DNA from: a virus
Length of the DNA: 64,000 nucleotides
Direction: 5' to 3' (one strand)
IMG/VR virus record: IMGVR_UViG_3300045988_036168
This document shows, one piece after another, positions 50,041 through 58,786 of the stretch (the stretch's first letter is position 1; each line of letters starts with the position of its first letter). Made by a program: the position numbers and the translations under genes. The notes beneath the pieces were generated by a model. That model had not been told where the DNA came from. It ran no database searches and saw nothing but the letters and a program-made list of their open reading frames with translations.

Positions 50041-50436
50041 TCAGTATTTCAGTCGCACACCCTCAGGCAGCGGCGGCATCTCACGCCAGAACCTCGGCAC
50101 CCACACAAACGGAACGAACGTCGGGCGTTCAGAGCCGCAAAGCCTTTGCCACACGCAGCTAAAGATGTGACCGTACGAGTCCTTCGTCAAGACCTCTTGC
50201 CCCTCCCGTGGCTTTTGTTCTTTGAGCGTGTGCCATCCATCCTCCAGCATTGGCATCCACCATTTCACATGAACGTCCGGTTCCAAACCGTCCGGACGGA
50301 AGAGCGGCGGTTCCTTCGGGTCGTATACCACGAGGGAGCCATCGGTCACATGGCCCCATTTGCTGATAATCAGAACCCTCTCGCCAGCGGGAGGCAACGC
50401 CTCCTTTGTGGCCGTCCATCCGTTTGCCATCATCAA
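50041..50436 (-). CDS. hypothetical protein, possibly DUF551-like
   Basis: ORF track; W..T.EALPPAGERVLII pattern; ATGA coupling upstream. Confidence 0.45.
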   Translation of the reverse strand: MMMANGWTATKEALPPAGERVLIISKWGHVTDGSLVVYDPKEPPLFRPDGLEPDVHVKWWMPMLEDGWHTLKEQKPREGQEVLTKDSYGHIFSCVWQRLCGSERPTFVPFVWVPRFWREMPPLPEGVRLKY

Positions 50437-50852
50437 CCTCCATCGCCGAGCATAAGCTGGCCGGTCTGGAACACCTCATAGAGTGTCTTCTCATTTCGGT
50501 CAATCAGCTTCGGGAAGAACAGCTCGTCCATCGTGGCCTGCTCCGTCTCCACGAGGGCGACCTGCGCGGCGATCCAGTCCTTCAGGTTGCGCCACGCGAT
50601 GCGCTCGGCTTGTTCGTCGTCGCACTTGGTACGCTCTTTTGCCATCACTGCCTTAACGCCGTCCGGTCGTGCTTCCAGTCGGAAACCATGCAGGGAGCCG
50701 CAGCAGTCCAGCGCGAATGTGACTGCCGTGACTTTGCCGTTTTCGGCGTAGTCCATCATCACCTTTCGTGCTCCGTGCGCGGCGAGGATGCCTTGGATCT
50801 CGCCGACGGTCTGAACCGCCGGCACCTTGGTCGTGTAGTTCTTAATCGGCAT
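50433..50852 (-). CDS. hypothetical protein (139 aa)
   Basis: ORF track 50433..50906 trimmed to MPIKNYTTKVPAVQTVGEIQ... Confidence 0.5.
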   Translation of the reverse strand: MPIKNYTTKVPAVQTVGEIQGILAAHGARKVMMDYAENGKVTAVTFALDCCGSLHGFRLEARPDGVKAVMAKERTKCDDEQAERIAWRNLKDWIAAQVALVETEQATMDELFFPKLIDRNEKTLYEVFQTGQLMLGDGG

Positions 50853-50866
50853 CTGCAGTCCTCCTC

Positions 50867-51466
50867 TCAGTCGATGAACCGGATGTTCTCCGCCGCCGTG
50901 CTCCACACCTTGCCGTGCTCGTCCTCGACAATGCCCGTTGTGACAGGGACGGCCCCATTATCGAACTCCTCGAACGTGCTTCCCCATGTGTGGAACCATG
51001 CGACAAATTCATCCTCGCGCCACCCGTCGTTCGTGCGCTCATACACATGGGCGATGCACTTACGGCAGGTCGGCACGGGTGGCTTCCCGCGCAAAGGCCC
51101 TCCCTCCTGCCACGGGCGGAACTGCTGGATCTTTTCCAGCAGGCCCTTCGGATTGCCGTCGAAGAGCAAGGCTCGGTCATCGACATAGACCTTCGCAGGT
51201 GGCTTTTCCGCCGCCACATCGTCAACCTCAATGCCGTTCTCCCGAAGGTAGCGCCGCACCGCTCCCATGCCCTCAGGCGTGGCGCATCTGGTGGACACGA
51301 CCACCACTCTGTACCCCGCGGCTCTGATCCGCTTGATTTCTTCGTCAATGAGCGACACGGGCGGGTCGGGTACAACGCCTGCGCCCTGCCAGCCACTCAC
51401 ATAGGAATGGATGACGCCGTCAAAATCCAGCACCACATTCGGCTGATACTTCATCTCCCAAGCCAT
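50867..51466 (-). CDS. HAD-like phosphatase-fold protein with extra C-terminal domain
   Basis: VVLDFDGVIHSY (DxDxV/T motif), VVVVSTR, KPPAKVYVDDRAL. Confidence 0.5.
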   Translation of the reverse strand: MAWEMKYQPNVVLDFDGVIHSYVSGWQGAGVVPDPPVSLIDEEIKRIRAAGYRVVVVSTRCATPEGMGAVRRYLRENGIEVDDVAAEKPPAKVYVDDRALLFDGNPKGLLEKIQQFRPWQEGGPLRGKPPVPTCRKCIAHVYERTNDGWREDEFVAWFHTWGSTFEEFDNGAVPVTTGIVEDEHGKVWSTAAENIRFID

Positions 51467-51894
51467 TACTGCGCCTCCTTGCCAGTTCCAGTGCTGCCCC
51501 AGCCGCCGCGGTTCGGGTTGCCGAGATCCTCGACCTGCTCGAACTCAACAGGCTCGTCCTGCTTCACGAGGCGGAACTGGCAGATGCGCGTCCCCTTCGG
51601 GATTTCCGTATGACGGATGGCAACCGCCGGGAAGCCCCAGATGTCATCGTTACCGCAGTAGCTATGCTCGATGATGCCCACGCTGTTCGCCATGATGACG
51701 CCGAAGTTCTTGCAGGTCGAGCTTCTGGGAACGACCTGCGCATAGTAGCCGGCAGGAAGTTCCATCGCAATGCCGAGCGAAATGATTTTGCAGTCCAACG
51801 GCTCCAGAACGATGTCCTCGGCGGTGTAAAGGTCAACCCACTCGCCATGTGACTCGGGCAGCGGGTTCCCGTGCGTGTTGATTTTGACTTTCAT
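51466..51894 (-). CDS. dut: dUTP diphosphatase (trimeric dUTPase)
   Basis: ORF track trimmed to MKVKINTHGNPLP... after AAGGAGGG; VPRSS, GIIEHSYCGNDD and C-terminal NRGGWGSTG motifs. Confidence 0.8.
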   Translation of the reverse strand: MKVKINTHGNPLPESHGEWVDLYTAEDIVLEPLDCKIISLGIAMELPAGYYAQVVPRSSTCKNFGVIMANSVGIIEHSYCGNDDIWGFPAVAIRHTEIPKGTRICQFRLVKQDEPVEFEQVEDLGNPNRGGWGSTGTGKEAQ

Positions 51895-51895
51895 G

Positions 51896-52444
51896 TTAAG
51901 CCCTCCTTGATGTTTCGTATCTGTAATCGTAGCCATCGAGCCTGTACGGGTCTTTCACTTCACCCGTACATCTGGCCCAGATGGCGTTTTGACTGATGTA
52001 GTTCTTCTTGGCCGCCTCTCGTCCAGAAGAGTAAATGGCGACCACTTGACCGTCCTGATCGACCTTCATCACGGCCTTGCGCCGGTTTGCGCTGGAGATT
52101 TTGCCGCTGACCTGCTTGCTGGCGAACGACAGGTTCACCAGCTCGCAATCCATCTTTGCGCCGTTTCGATGGATGATGTTGTACCCCGGCCTGCGACCTC
52201 CCATGAAGGCGTCGGCCATGAGCCACACAACAGGCACATCTACTTTTCGGTTGTCCGCTGTCCGCATCTTCACGCAGGCGCGGGTTCGTCCGCTGATGTA
52301 CGGCTTCAGGACGTACCACTCGCCACTCTCCAGTTCCTTTCGGACGACTGCCTCGCGGTTGATTTGGTATCGGAAGCGATAGCCGGGGATTTCTACCCAT
52401 TCCGCGCTGTCAGGAGTTTGGCTTTTACACCGCTTCGCGCTCAT
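51896..52444 (-). CDS. HNH homing-endonuclease-like protein (NUMOD4 plus HNH_3-like)
   Basis: EWVEIPGYRFRYQINREAVV (NUMOD4-like), NIIHRNGAKMDCELVNL (HNH core), C-terminal DNA-binding-like repeat. Confidence 0.6.
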   Translation of the reverse strand: MSAKRCKSQTPDSAEWVEIPGYRFRYQINREAVVRKELESGEWYVLKPYISGRTRACVKMRTADNRKVDVPVVWLMADAFMGGRRPGYNIIHRNGAKMDCELVNLSFASKQVSGKISSANRRKAVMKVDQDGQVVAIYSSGREAAKKNYISQNAIWARCTGEVKDPYRLDGYDYRYETSRRA

Positions 52445-53034
52445 GCCTTGTCTCCGGTTTCGTCCAGATAGGTCGCCTGCAGATCGGCGATGTGCAGCAA
52501 GACGGCCAGCGGGAACTTGTCAAAGGCGTTGCCAACGCTGTACCCGCCGCCTTGGAAGTCGTTATCCGAGAACCCCATGTGCCAACGGATTGCCATAGCC
52601 TCCTCGCGGCTCAGGCGCATAAACCCAGAGATGATGTAGACGCTCTTCTCACCATGCCCGTAGGGCAGCTTGTCATCGACCACATAGAACGGGTACTGTT
52701 CCCACCTGCCCTGATCGTTCTTGCGGTTGCGCATCTCGACCGCGTAGAAGTTCGCCTTGCAGATGTCGTGAAGCAGACCGCAAACCGCAATCGTCTCCAT
52801 CGACGGCTCATTGAAGCCCGGAGTGATGGTCGCCTCGTTGGCACAAATTGCCTTCATCCGTTCAAATACATGGAGGCTGTGCTCAAGCAACCCGCCGGGG
52901 CTGGACAGGTGGAAACGGGTGCTGGCCGGTGCCGTAAAGAAGTCCGAGGACTCGATCCACGCCAGCAGCTTGTCAGCGCCCGGTCGCGTGATATTCTCTG
53001 TGTACGCCTTGATAAACTTGTCTTTCATGCTCAT
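52441..53034 (-). CDS. HD-domain phosphohydrolase
   Basis: GGLLEHSLHV...VCGLLHDICKA...YGHGEKS...WHMG (H...HD...H...D-type metal ligands). Confidence 0.6.
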   Translation of the reverse strand: MSMKDKFIKAYTENITRPGADKLLAWIESSDFFTAPASTRFHLSSPGGLLEHSLHVFERMKAICANEATITPGFNEPSMETIAVCGLLHDICKANFYAVEMRNRKNDQGRWEQYPFYVVDDKLPYGHGEKSVYIISGFMRLSREEAMAIRWHMGFSDNDFQGGGYSVGNAFDKFPLAVLLHIADLQATYLDETGDKA

Positions 53035-53041
53035 ATCCTCC

Positions 53042-53200
53042 TCAAAAATACATCATGCTCAGTGCCCAAGACGCCAGATGCAGAACGCCCGCAGCCGCGA
53101 ACAGCGCGATATAGACGTGCTTACCTCTGCCGCTCTCGCCGATGACGCCGACGGTTGCCAGCACCATCACGATCATCGTAAACACCTGAAAGAACCTCAC
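53042..53200 (-). CDS. small two-TM membrane protein (52 aa)
   Basis: Not in the ORF track. GTG at 53200 overlaps the upstream stop (GTGA). ...MIVMVLATVGVIGESGRGKHVYIALFAAAGVLHLASWALSMMYF; alternative ATG at 53176. Confidence 0.4.
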   Translation of the reverse strand: MRFFQVFTMIVMVLATVGVIGESGRGKHVYIALFAAAGVLHLASWALSMMYF

Positions 53201-53556
53201 TTCACATACGCCCCCTTCCATGCTTCGATTGCTTCATCGCAGAACTCGCCGTCGCACTGACCGACAACGCCCTTTCTGCCCTCGCAGTATTCGCACAGAT
53301 CCGTTTCGAGCATATCGACGATCTGGTCATCGGTCATGTCCCCGTAATACTCGCCATTGGTGAGCTTCACCGCTATGAAAACGCGCCCGCTGTCGATAGC
53401 CTGCTGGCAGGTCCTCAACTTCCATTCCAACAGCACAGCCTTGTGCATCGTCTTCGTTGTGCGATGACCACAATGGACGATGAACCAGTCATGCTCCAGA
53501 AGTTCGGCCACGCTGTCAACGCGGTCTCCCTGTTTGTACTTTCTCTTCATTTTCAT
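53197..53556 (-). CDS. hypothetical protein (119 aa)
   Basis: ORF track 53197..53607 trimmed to MKMKRKYKQGD... after TAGGAGGTAAC. Confidence 0.55.
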   Translation of the reverse strand: MKMKRKYKQGDRVDSVAELLEHDWFIVHCGHRTTKTMHKAVLLEWKLRTCQQAIDSGRVFIAVKLTNGEYYGDMTDDQIVDMLETDLCEYCEGRKGVVGQCDGEFCDEAIEAWKGAYVK

Positions 53557-53564
53557 GTTACCTC

Positions 53565-54413
53565 CTAAAATCCGTTCCATATTTGCTTGCCGTGATACTC
53601 GAAGCATTCGGCATCGCAGCAGTCTTCGGGAGTCAGATCCGCAAGCCGCTTTCGGCTGCGGGAGATGAACAGGTCGGAGTCCATAGGCGGCTTCGGGTTC
53701 TTATCCCTCAGCAGCTCGTCTACCTCCAGCAGCTTCGCGTAAGTCTGCGGCTGGTGTTCCTTGAGGTTCTCGAAGAAATAGTTTCGGTGGAACGGGCAAA
53801 AGCAGCAGGCGGACGCCTTGGTGTCCAGCCCCCAGACATCCAGTATGTAGGCGTAGTTGTCAGCCCTCGTCAGCTCCATGTCCACCAACGGGAAACGGTT
53901 CACAAACATCGGGTTCGGGCTGTCCTTGCACCGCTGTTTTTCCTCGAAGCTGAACCCCATGTGCATCTCGTGGGCCTTCTTGTCCTCGTCGCGGAGCCGC
54001 TGGCCTTTCTTGTAGCCGAGCACTTCCCAGCGGACGAACTTTGAGATGCGCTCCACCTTGTAGTCGAGGGTGCAGTTTCGCGGCATCCTTGACTTGTGAC
54101 CGTCATCCCGCAGCGTCCACCATGGGATGCTGACCGTGCGGCGTCTCCCGAAGTTCTGCATCAGATCCCGATGCAGCAGCGCGTCCAGCATCTCATATCG
54201 AATACCGGCGGCGTCGCAGGCTCGGTGTACGAACTCGGCCTGTTGCATGACCCACGGCGGCTCGAAGCCGAGGTCGCAGAAGACGACCAGATCGTAAACC
54301 GGAACCAGCGGGTACGGGCGTTCGTGGCCTTTGCGCTCGGCGTCCACATTCTCACAGGACATCAGGGCCAAGGCCGTCGATTGCATTCCCGCACCGAAGG
54401 ACAAAATCTTCAC
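53565..54413 (-). CDS. PAPS-reductase-like PP-loop ATP pyrophosphatase family protein
   Basis: GTG start. N-terminal MKILSFGAGMQSTALALM (an SGGxDS-type PP-loop variant common in phage PAPS-reductase-like proteins); Cys-rich C-terminus. Confidence 0.55.
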   Translation of the reverse strand: MKILSFGAGMQSTALALMSCENVDAERKGHERPYPLVPVYDLVVFCDLGFEPPWVMQQAEFVHRACDAAGIRYEMLDALLHRDLMQNFGRRRTVSIPWWTLRDDGHKSRMPRNCTLDYKVERISKFVRWEVLGYKKGQRLRDEDKKAHEMHMGFSFEEKQRCKDSPNPMFVNRFPLVDMELTRADNYAYILDVWGLDTKASACCFCPFHRNYFFENLKEHQPQTYAKLLEVDELLRDKNPKPPMDSDLFISRSRKRLADLTPEDCCDAECFEYHGKQIWNGF

Positions 54414-55066
54414 GTTTGCCCCTCCACGCTTTCCCCGCGCCGGAACTCAGCGGCCATCATGTCGGCAGCCTCGCGGCTGATGCCGATTGCCTCGAACTGC
54501 TGGTAAATCTCCTCGCAGTCTTCAGGGGCCGCAGAGACCAGCGCAAAGGTCAATTCAGCATCCGTCGGAGCAGGCTTCTCGGGTTGTTCCTCAGCTTCAG
54601 CCTCAAGGTGCCGTGCTACCCTCTCCATGTATTCCTCGATCTTCGGCTTTCCGAACTCGACCACAGCCGTCATATAGTCCTCGTGCTCGGAAGCGTTTTC
54701 CTCGAACTCGCGGCTCCAGTTCAAAATGTGGTGGAACAGGTCGCGGCTGTCGATTTCTGCGCCGTTCGAGCCGAGCATCTGCGCCGCCAGCGCAGAGAGG
54801 TCATAGACGCACTCGCAAAGGCGGATCTCGCTGTCTTCACCCACCGTGGTCACGAACTTCTCGCCGGCGTCGCTGTAACCACAGGTCTTGCAGTCCCAGA
54901 CGTCTTCCCTGTCCGGTTCGTGCGTGACCTCGATGCAGTCATTCAGGCACCGAACGAACGTGCCGCTGTCATCCAGTTCCCAGTCCTGCGTAACGTGCGC
55001 CGTCGCGCAAAAGGTCTTTCCGCCGCAACGTGGGCAGCGCAGAACCTCATTTTCTTTCAAAATCAT
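54410..55066 (-). CDS. hypothetical protein with N-terminal zinc ribbon
   Basis: ORF track 54410..55084 trimmed to MILKENEVLRCPRCGG...CKTCG after GGAGGAGC. Confidence 0.5.
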   Translation of the reverse strand: MILKENEVLRCPRCGGKTFCATAHVTQDWELDDSGTFVRCLNDCIEVTHEPDREDVWDCKTCGYSDAGEKFVTTVGEDSEIRLCECVYDLSALAAQMLGSNGAEIDSRDLFHHILNWSREFEENASEHEDYMTAVVEFGKPKIEEYMERVARHLEAEAEEQPEKPAPTDAELTFALVSAAPEDCEEIYQQFEAIGISREAADMMAAEFRRGESVEGQT

Positions 55067-55412
55067 CACTTGCTCCTCCATCACTCAGGCGCTTTTTCAG
55101 CCCTGCATATACTCCCTCAAGGGTTTCAACGAGTCCATCTGCCTCAAGGCTGTCCGTCGAAACCAGCCTGCAATCGCTCATGCTGATGTCGTCGATCAGA
55201 TGGACGCCGTAGAACTGTTCGTCAGGCTCCAAACCGGCCTTGTTCTCAATCAGCGCCGCCGTTATCTCTCCGTTCTGTTCTTTCTCGGCCTTTGCCACGA
55301 GGAAGTAGGTCGAAGAGCGGTCGCCGTTGACCGTGGTTGGGCCGTTGCCCAGATCCGCCATCATCGCCTCTGCCAGTTCTTTCGGGGCGATTGCAAAATT
55401 GAACCTTTTCAT
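55047..55412 (-). CDS. hypothetical protein (121 aa)
   Basis: ORF track 55047..55424 trimmed to MKRFNFAIAPKEL... (ATGA coupling at 55409). Confidence 0.5.
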   Translation of the reverse strand: MKRFNFAIAPKELAEAMMADLGNGPTTVNGDRSSTYFLVAKAEKEQNGEITAALIENKAGLEPDEQFYGVHLIDDISMSDCRLVSTDSLEADGLVETLEGVYAGLKKRLSDGGASDDFERK

Positions 55413-55801
55413 CCCTGGAGCCACCCTTCCATTTCTTCCTTGAAGTAGTCCTCGTCGCCATCATCGCAGGCACCGGACATAATCTGCTTGCCCTTGTAGA
55501 GCACGAAGTACCACATTCCGTCGGGGTTCCCCACCATCTTGCGCCACACCGCTGCAAAGTCGGCCACGCTGTTGAAGACGTAGCAGGTGCGGATCGTGGC
55601 CGCATCTTTGAAGTCGTCCACGAAGTTTTCCGCATCCTTCTCGGGGTTGCTGTCATCCGCGAACATCATCACGACCAGCCCCCTCGGGATAGCCACATCG
55701 AAGGACTGCCCGCACTTCGGGCAAATCCCTTTCCAGCCGAGGCCGTCACGCACGATGGACTCTTCAAACTCGAACCCGCAGTCCGCACAGGTCAATTTCA
55801 T
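55409..55801 (-). CDS. hypothetical protein with N-terminal zinc ribbon (130 aa)
   Basis: ORF track; CADCG...CPKCG. Confidence 0.55.
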   Translation of the reverse strand: MKLTCADCGFEFEESIVRDGLGWKGICPKCGQSFDVAIPRGLVVMMFADDSNPEKDAENFVDDFKDAATIRTCYVFNSVADFAAVWRKMVGNPDGMWYFVLYKGKQIMSGACDDGDEDYFKEEMEGWLQG

Positions 55802-56154
55802 TTCAAACCCTCCTCAAACATTTCGATGTAACTGTCCGCGCTCTGAAGCTGGCGCTCCACCTCCGCATCCGTGTTTGCTGTGAAGCAGTACCGCGCCACC
55901 GCGTAACCCTTCTTGCTGATCCACCAACTTGTCTTGCTGTTGAACGCATTTCTGACCGGGGAGAAAACGTAGTCCCCGAAAATCCGTTGCTCCGGTGTCG
56001 TCTTTGCCGCTGCTTCTGCGGCCTTGGCCTTCGCCTGCCACCATTTCAGCTTGCGGTCGAGCGAGTCAAACGCTCGGGCGAAGTCACAGGGAGCATCGCC
56101 GTAGCAGACATCTCTGCAGTGCTTGCGGTACGGGCAAAGTCTGCATCTTTTCAT
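55798..56154 (-). CDS. hypothetical Cys-rich protein (118 aa)
   Basis: ORF track; MKRCRLCPYRKHCRDVCYGDAPC. Confidence 0.55.
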   Translation of the reverse strand: MKRCRLCPYRKHCRDVCYGDAPCDFARAFDSLDRKLKWWQAKAKAAEAAAKTTPEQRIFGDYVFSPVRNAFNSKTSWWISKKGYAVARYCFTANTDAEVERQLQSADSYIEMFEEGLK

Positions 56155-56402
56155 CAGAACGCCCTCCGGTACACACGCTTGACGCTGATGAACGCCGCCT
56201 CCGGGTGCTTCAGCAGGTAGAACCGCCGCTGGCTCTCGTTCGGGTAGGTGTTCCCGTTTTCGAGGCGGCCGAGCAGATGGTGGTTCTCGTCGAAGAGTTC
56301 CACGAAGTAGGCCGTCTCCACGCCCATGTTCGGGTCATCCTTGGCGTAATCGTCGAGGACGGGCAGGTGCTCAACCCGTGTTCCATCTCTTTTCAGGTAC
56401 AT
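56154..56402 (-). CDS. hypothetical protein (82 aa)
   Basis: ORF track. Confidence 0.55.
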   Translation of the reverse strand: MYLKRDGTRVEHLPVLDDYAKDDPNMGVETAYFVELFDENHHLLGRLENGNTYPNESQRRFYLLKHPEAAFISVKRVYRRAF

Positions 56403-56413
56403 ATCAGATCCTC

Positions 56414-56644
56414 CTATTCCATCGCGGCCCTCAGGACCTCGATTGCTTCCGTGATGTTGTCGTGCGCCGTGTCCAGATTGTCGGCCGCGGCTTCAATGGC
56501 CGCATAGCGTTCGCTGCCTTCCAACCCCTCAGGAGCATTGTCGAACTTCTCCTGCTCGTCGTCGTGCAGGCTCTCCACCTCGTCGCCGAGGGTTTCAAGG
56601 GCGTTGACGATTTTCTCAATGGCCGCCCGCGTTGCTTTGTTCAT
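56414..56644 (-). CDS. hypothetical helical protein (76 aa)
   Basis: ORF track. Confidence 0.55.
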   Translation of the reverse strand: MNKATRAAIEKIVNALETLGDEVESLHDDEQEKFDNAPEGLEGSERYAAIEAAADNLDTAHDNITEAIEVLRAAME

Positions 56645-56653
56645 GACTCCTCC

Positions 56654-57100
56654 TCAATAGTCGGCGTCGAGGTTTTCATCTCGCTCGTCGTACTTGACTC
56701 CGTCGTAGCCGGTGGTCGTCATGATGTGCTCGTAGCACTTCGCACAGACACGGCGAAACGGGATGCCGTAGTAGTCGCGGGTGCCGTACATCTCGAACGG
56801 GCGCGCCTCCTTGCCGCACTTCGGGCAGGTCTCTTTCACCAGCCGATAGCCCGGAAGCGACGTCAGGTGGCCGCCGTCGTCAATCAGGAAGTCATCCCAT
56901 GTGCCGTCATCGAACAGTTTGCAGGCGGCCTCATACGCGCTGTCGAAGCTGTCGTGCTCAGACAACGGCTTGTGGTAGCGGCAACCGGCGGCCACATCTT
57001 CGACCTTCAAAATCACGCCGCCGCGCCCGCACTTCGGGCAGTCTGCGCCGATCTGCTTCTCGTAGCCGCAGAACGGGCAATTCACGTTCTTCTTTTCCAT
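56654..57100 (-). CDS. hypothetical protein with multiple zinc ribbons (148 aa)
   Basis: ORF track; CPFCG...CPKCG, CPKCG...CAKC. Confidence 0.55.
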   Translation of the reverse strand: MEKKNVNCPFCGYEKQIGADCPKCGRGGVILKVEDVAAGCRYHKPLSEHDSFDSAYEAACKLFDDGTWDDFLIDDGGHLTSLPGYRLVKETCPKCGKEARPFEMYGTRDYYGIPFRRVCAKCYEHIMTTTGYDGVKYDERDENLDADY

Positions 57101-57345
57101 CAGTTCTCATCCTTGCCGAGCCAGACCAGCAAACGGATCTGGTCGTGCATCGCTACAAGCCTGCGCTGGGCATCTGCCAGCTCCTCGATCATGGCGGGGA
57201 CGAACTGGATGATGTCGTCCACATCGGAGTTGGCGATGTAATGCCGCAATTCGATTACCTTCCGAGCCTGCCAGCACCCCGTCTCCCCGATCTTTTGGCT
57301 CAGTTCCTCAACCTTGCGGTCGATGGACTTCTTCAGGTCGCTCAT
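57100..57345 (-). CDS. hypothetical protein (81 aa)
   Basis: ORF track. Confidence 0.55.
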   Translation of the reverse strand: MSDLKKSIDRKVEELSQKIGETGCWQARKVIELRHYIANSDVDDIIQFVPAMIEELADAQRRLVAMHDQIRLLVWLGKDEN

Positions 57346-57357
57346 TTCAAAACCTCC

Positions 57358-57597
57358 TTACCGTCTGCTTGCTCTGCGCCGCTGACGGGCAAGCCGTCTC
57401 TGACGCTGTTCTTCTCTGTACTGACGCTCTACCTCTTCGTCGTCCTCGTAATCAGGCAGGCGGTCGAGGTATCGCTGGATGAACGGGATATGCGGAAAAA
57501 CATAGTCGGCGATCAGAGCGCCGATACCGAGAACCACGAGAAAACCAGCCAAAATCATCAGGTCGACGACGGCCTCTCCGATCAGATCAGGTGTCAT
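57358..57597 (-). CDS. small membrane protein with Arg-rich tail (79 aa)
   Basis: ORF track; hydrophobic segment VVDLMILAGFLVVLGIGALIADYVF. Confidence 0.55.
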   Translation of the reverse strand: MTPDLIGEAVVDLMILAGFLVVLGIGALIADYVFPHIPFIQRYLDRLPDYEDDEEVERQYREEQRQRRLARQRRRASRR

Positions 57598-57610
57598 TTC
57601 CTTTCCTCCT

Positions 57611-57829
57611 TCATTTTAAGAACAGCCTTCTGGGCAATGCGTCCAGAGTGCATCGGTTCTTAAACCACTTCTCGTAGCTACTGTACTTGAAGGCAATTTC
57701 ATTGGCTTTCACGAGGTAGCGGTTCATGGCGTCAAATCCTCCGTCGCCTATCTCTGCAACGAAAATCGGCTCAGCGGTCCTTGGGTCCAGTCTGTCGTTT
57801 CTGCGACATACAATCCACAGTTCCGTCAT
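57611..57829 (-). CDS. hypothetical protein (72 aa)
   Basis: ORF track; ATGA coupling upstream. Confidence 0.55.
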   Translation of the reverse strand: MTELWIVCRRNDRLDPRTAEPIFVAEIGDGGFDAMNRYLVKANEIAFKYSSYEKWFKNRCTLDALPRRLFLK

Positions 57830-58155
57830 CTCGTTTCCTCCTTCAGATACGGAAGCTCGTTCTTCACAAAATCCTCCGCCAAACAGCTCTCTTCCTCACT
57901 CAGCTCACTTGCCCACTCGCTCAGGTACTCCTTTCGAGCGGCCGTGTTCATCCAATTTTCTTTTCTCAACCCGGCGGATGCGAGAACAATGCAGCCGTCT
58001 GCTCCCACACCGTACAGTTGAGAGCCGTGCTTTTGCTCCCACTCAATCTCCGCGTCGATGGTTTCCGCATCAGCCTTGATGATGTACTCGACCACCGAAT
58101 GGTCGAAATCGTATCGGAACAGCTTGCCGCTGACCTTGACTGGATTACTTTTCAC
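57826..58155 (-). CDS. hypothetical protein (~109 aa)
   Basis: ORF track 57826..58185; start placed at the GTG at 58155 (GTGA coupling, GGAGG 10 nt upstream); alternative ATG at 58185. Confidence 0.45.
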   Translation of the reverse strand: MKSNPVKVSGKLFRYDFDHSVVEYIIKADAETIDAEIEWEQKHGSQLYGVGADGCIVLASAGLRKENWMNTAARKEYLSEWASELSEEESCLAEDFVKNELPYLKEETR

Positions 58156-58412
58156 AGGTTGTACGCCTCCTTGCCCGCTTTCCATTCCTTCATGAAGTCC
58201 TTGTAGTCTTCCTTGCCATCCACGGCCACTTCCGCCCAGAGGAACCCCGGTTCTCCAAAGATGTCGAAGCCGTAGCCCGTCTCCTCCAGAATTGCTACCA
58301 CCTTGTCTTCCTCTTCTTCGGTGAAAGAGATAATTGCCGCCGGTTCAAGCGGTCTCACCAGCTTGTCGCCGAAGGAGTTCACCGTCTGGCGTCCCTTGTA
58401 CTGCACGTTCAT
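58152..58412 (-). CDS. hypothetical protein (86 aa)
   Basis: ORF track 58152..58463 trimmed to MNVQYKGRQTVNS... after GGCAGGAGAC. Confidence 0.5.
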   Translation of the reverse strand: MNVQYKGRQTVNSFGDKLVRPLEPAAIISFTEEEEDKVVAILEETGYGFDIFGEPGFLWAEVAVDGKEDYKDFMKEWKAGKEAYNL

Positions 58413-58428
58413 GTTCTTGTCTCCTGCC

Positions 58429-58752
58429 TCACATCTGAATTTCAAACCGGCTGAAATCATCATTTGCGGTCAGCACGTACTCTTTACGGTTGACAGCCAC
58501 GGGAACGCGCTCGCCGTCTCTATATGCTGACGTTTCCATGTAGCCAGCCCAGCGGTCTTCGCTCTCTTTGCGGGTCAGGGTCACGCGGGCATGGGGAGAA
58601 ACGCTCAGCATATTCTCGGCTTCATACACGGTGAACGCCGTCATGTGGCGCCCCTCTGCTTTGAGCTGCTTCGCAAGCTCTCTGGTGTTGTCGCTTGCAG
58701 CGTTCAGAGCGTCCAGCAGATCCATGAGAGGATAGGTCTGGTTCAGCTTCAT
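58429..58752 (-). CDS. hypothetical protein (107 aa), first gene after promoter cassette D
   Basis: ORF track; ~57-nt leader after the cassette D -10. Confidence 0.6.
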   Translation of the reverse strand: MKLNQTYPLMDLLDALNAASDNTRELAKQLKAEGRHMTAFTVYEAENMLSVSPHARVTLTRKESEDRWAGYMETSAYRDGERVPVAVNRKEYVLTANDDFSRFEIQM

Positions 58753-58786
58753 AGTTGCCTCCTGATTTGCCGTCTGGCTTCTTTCA

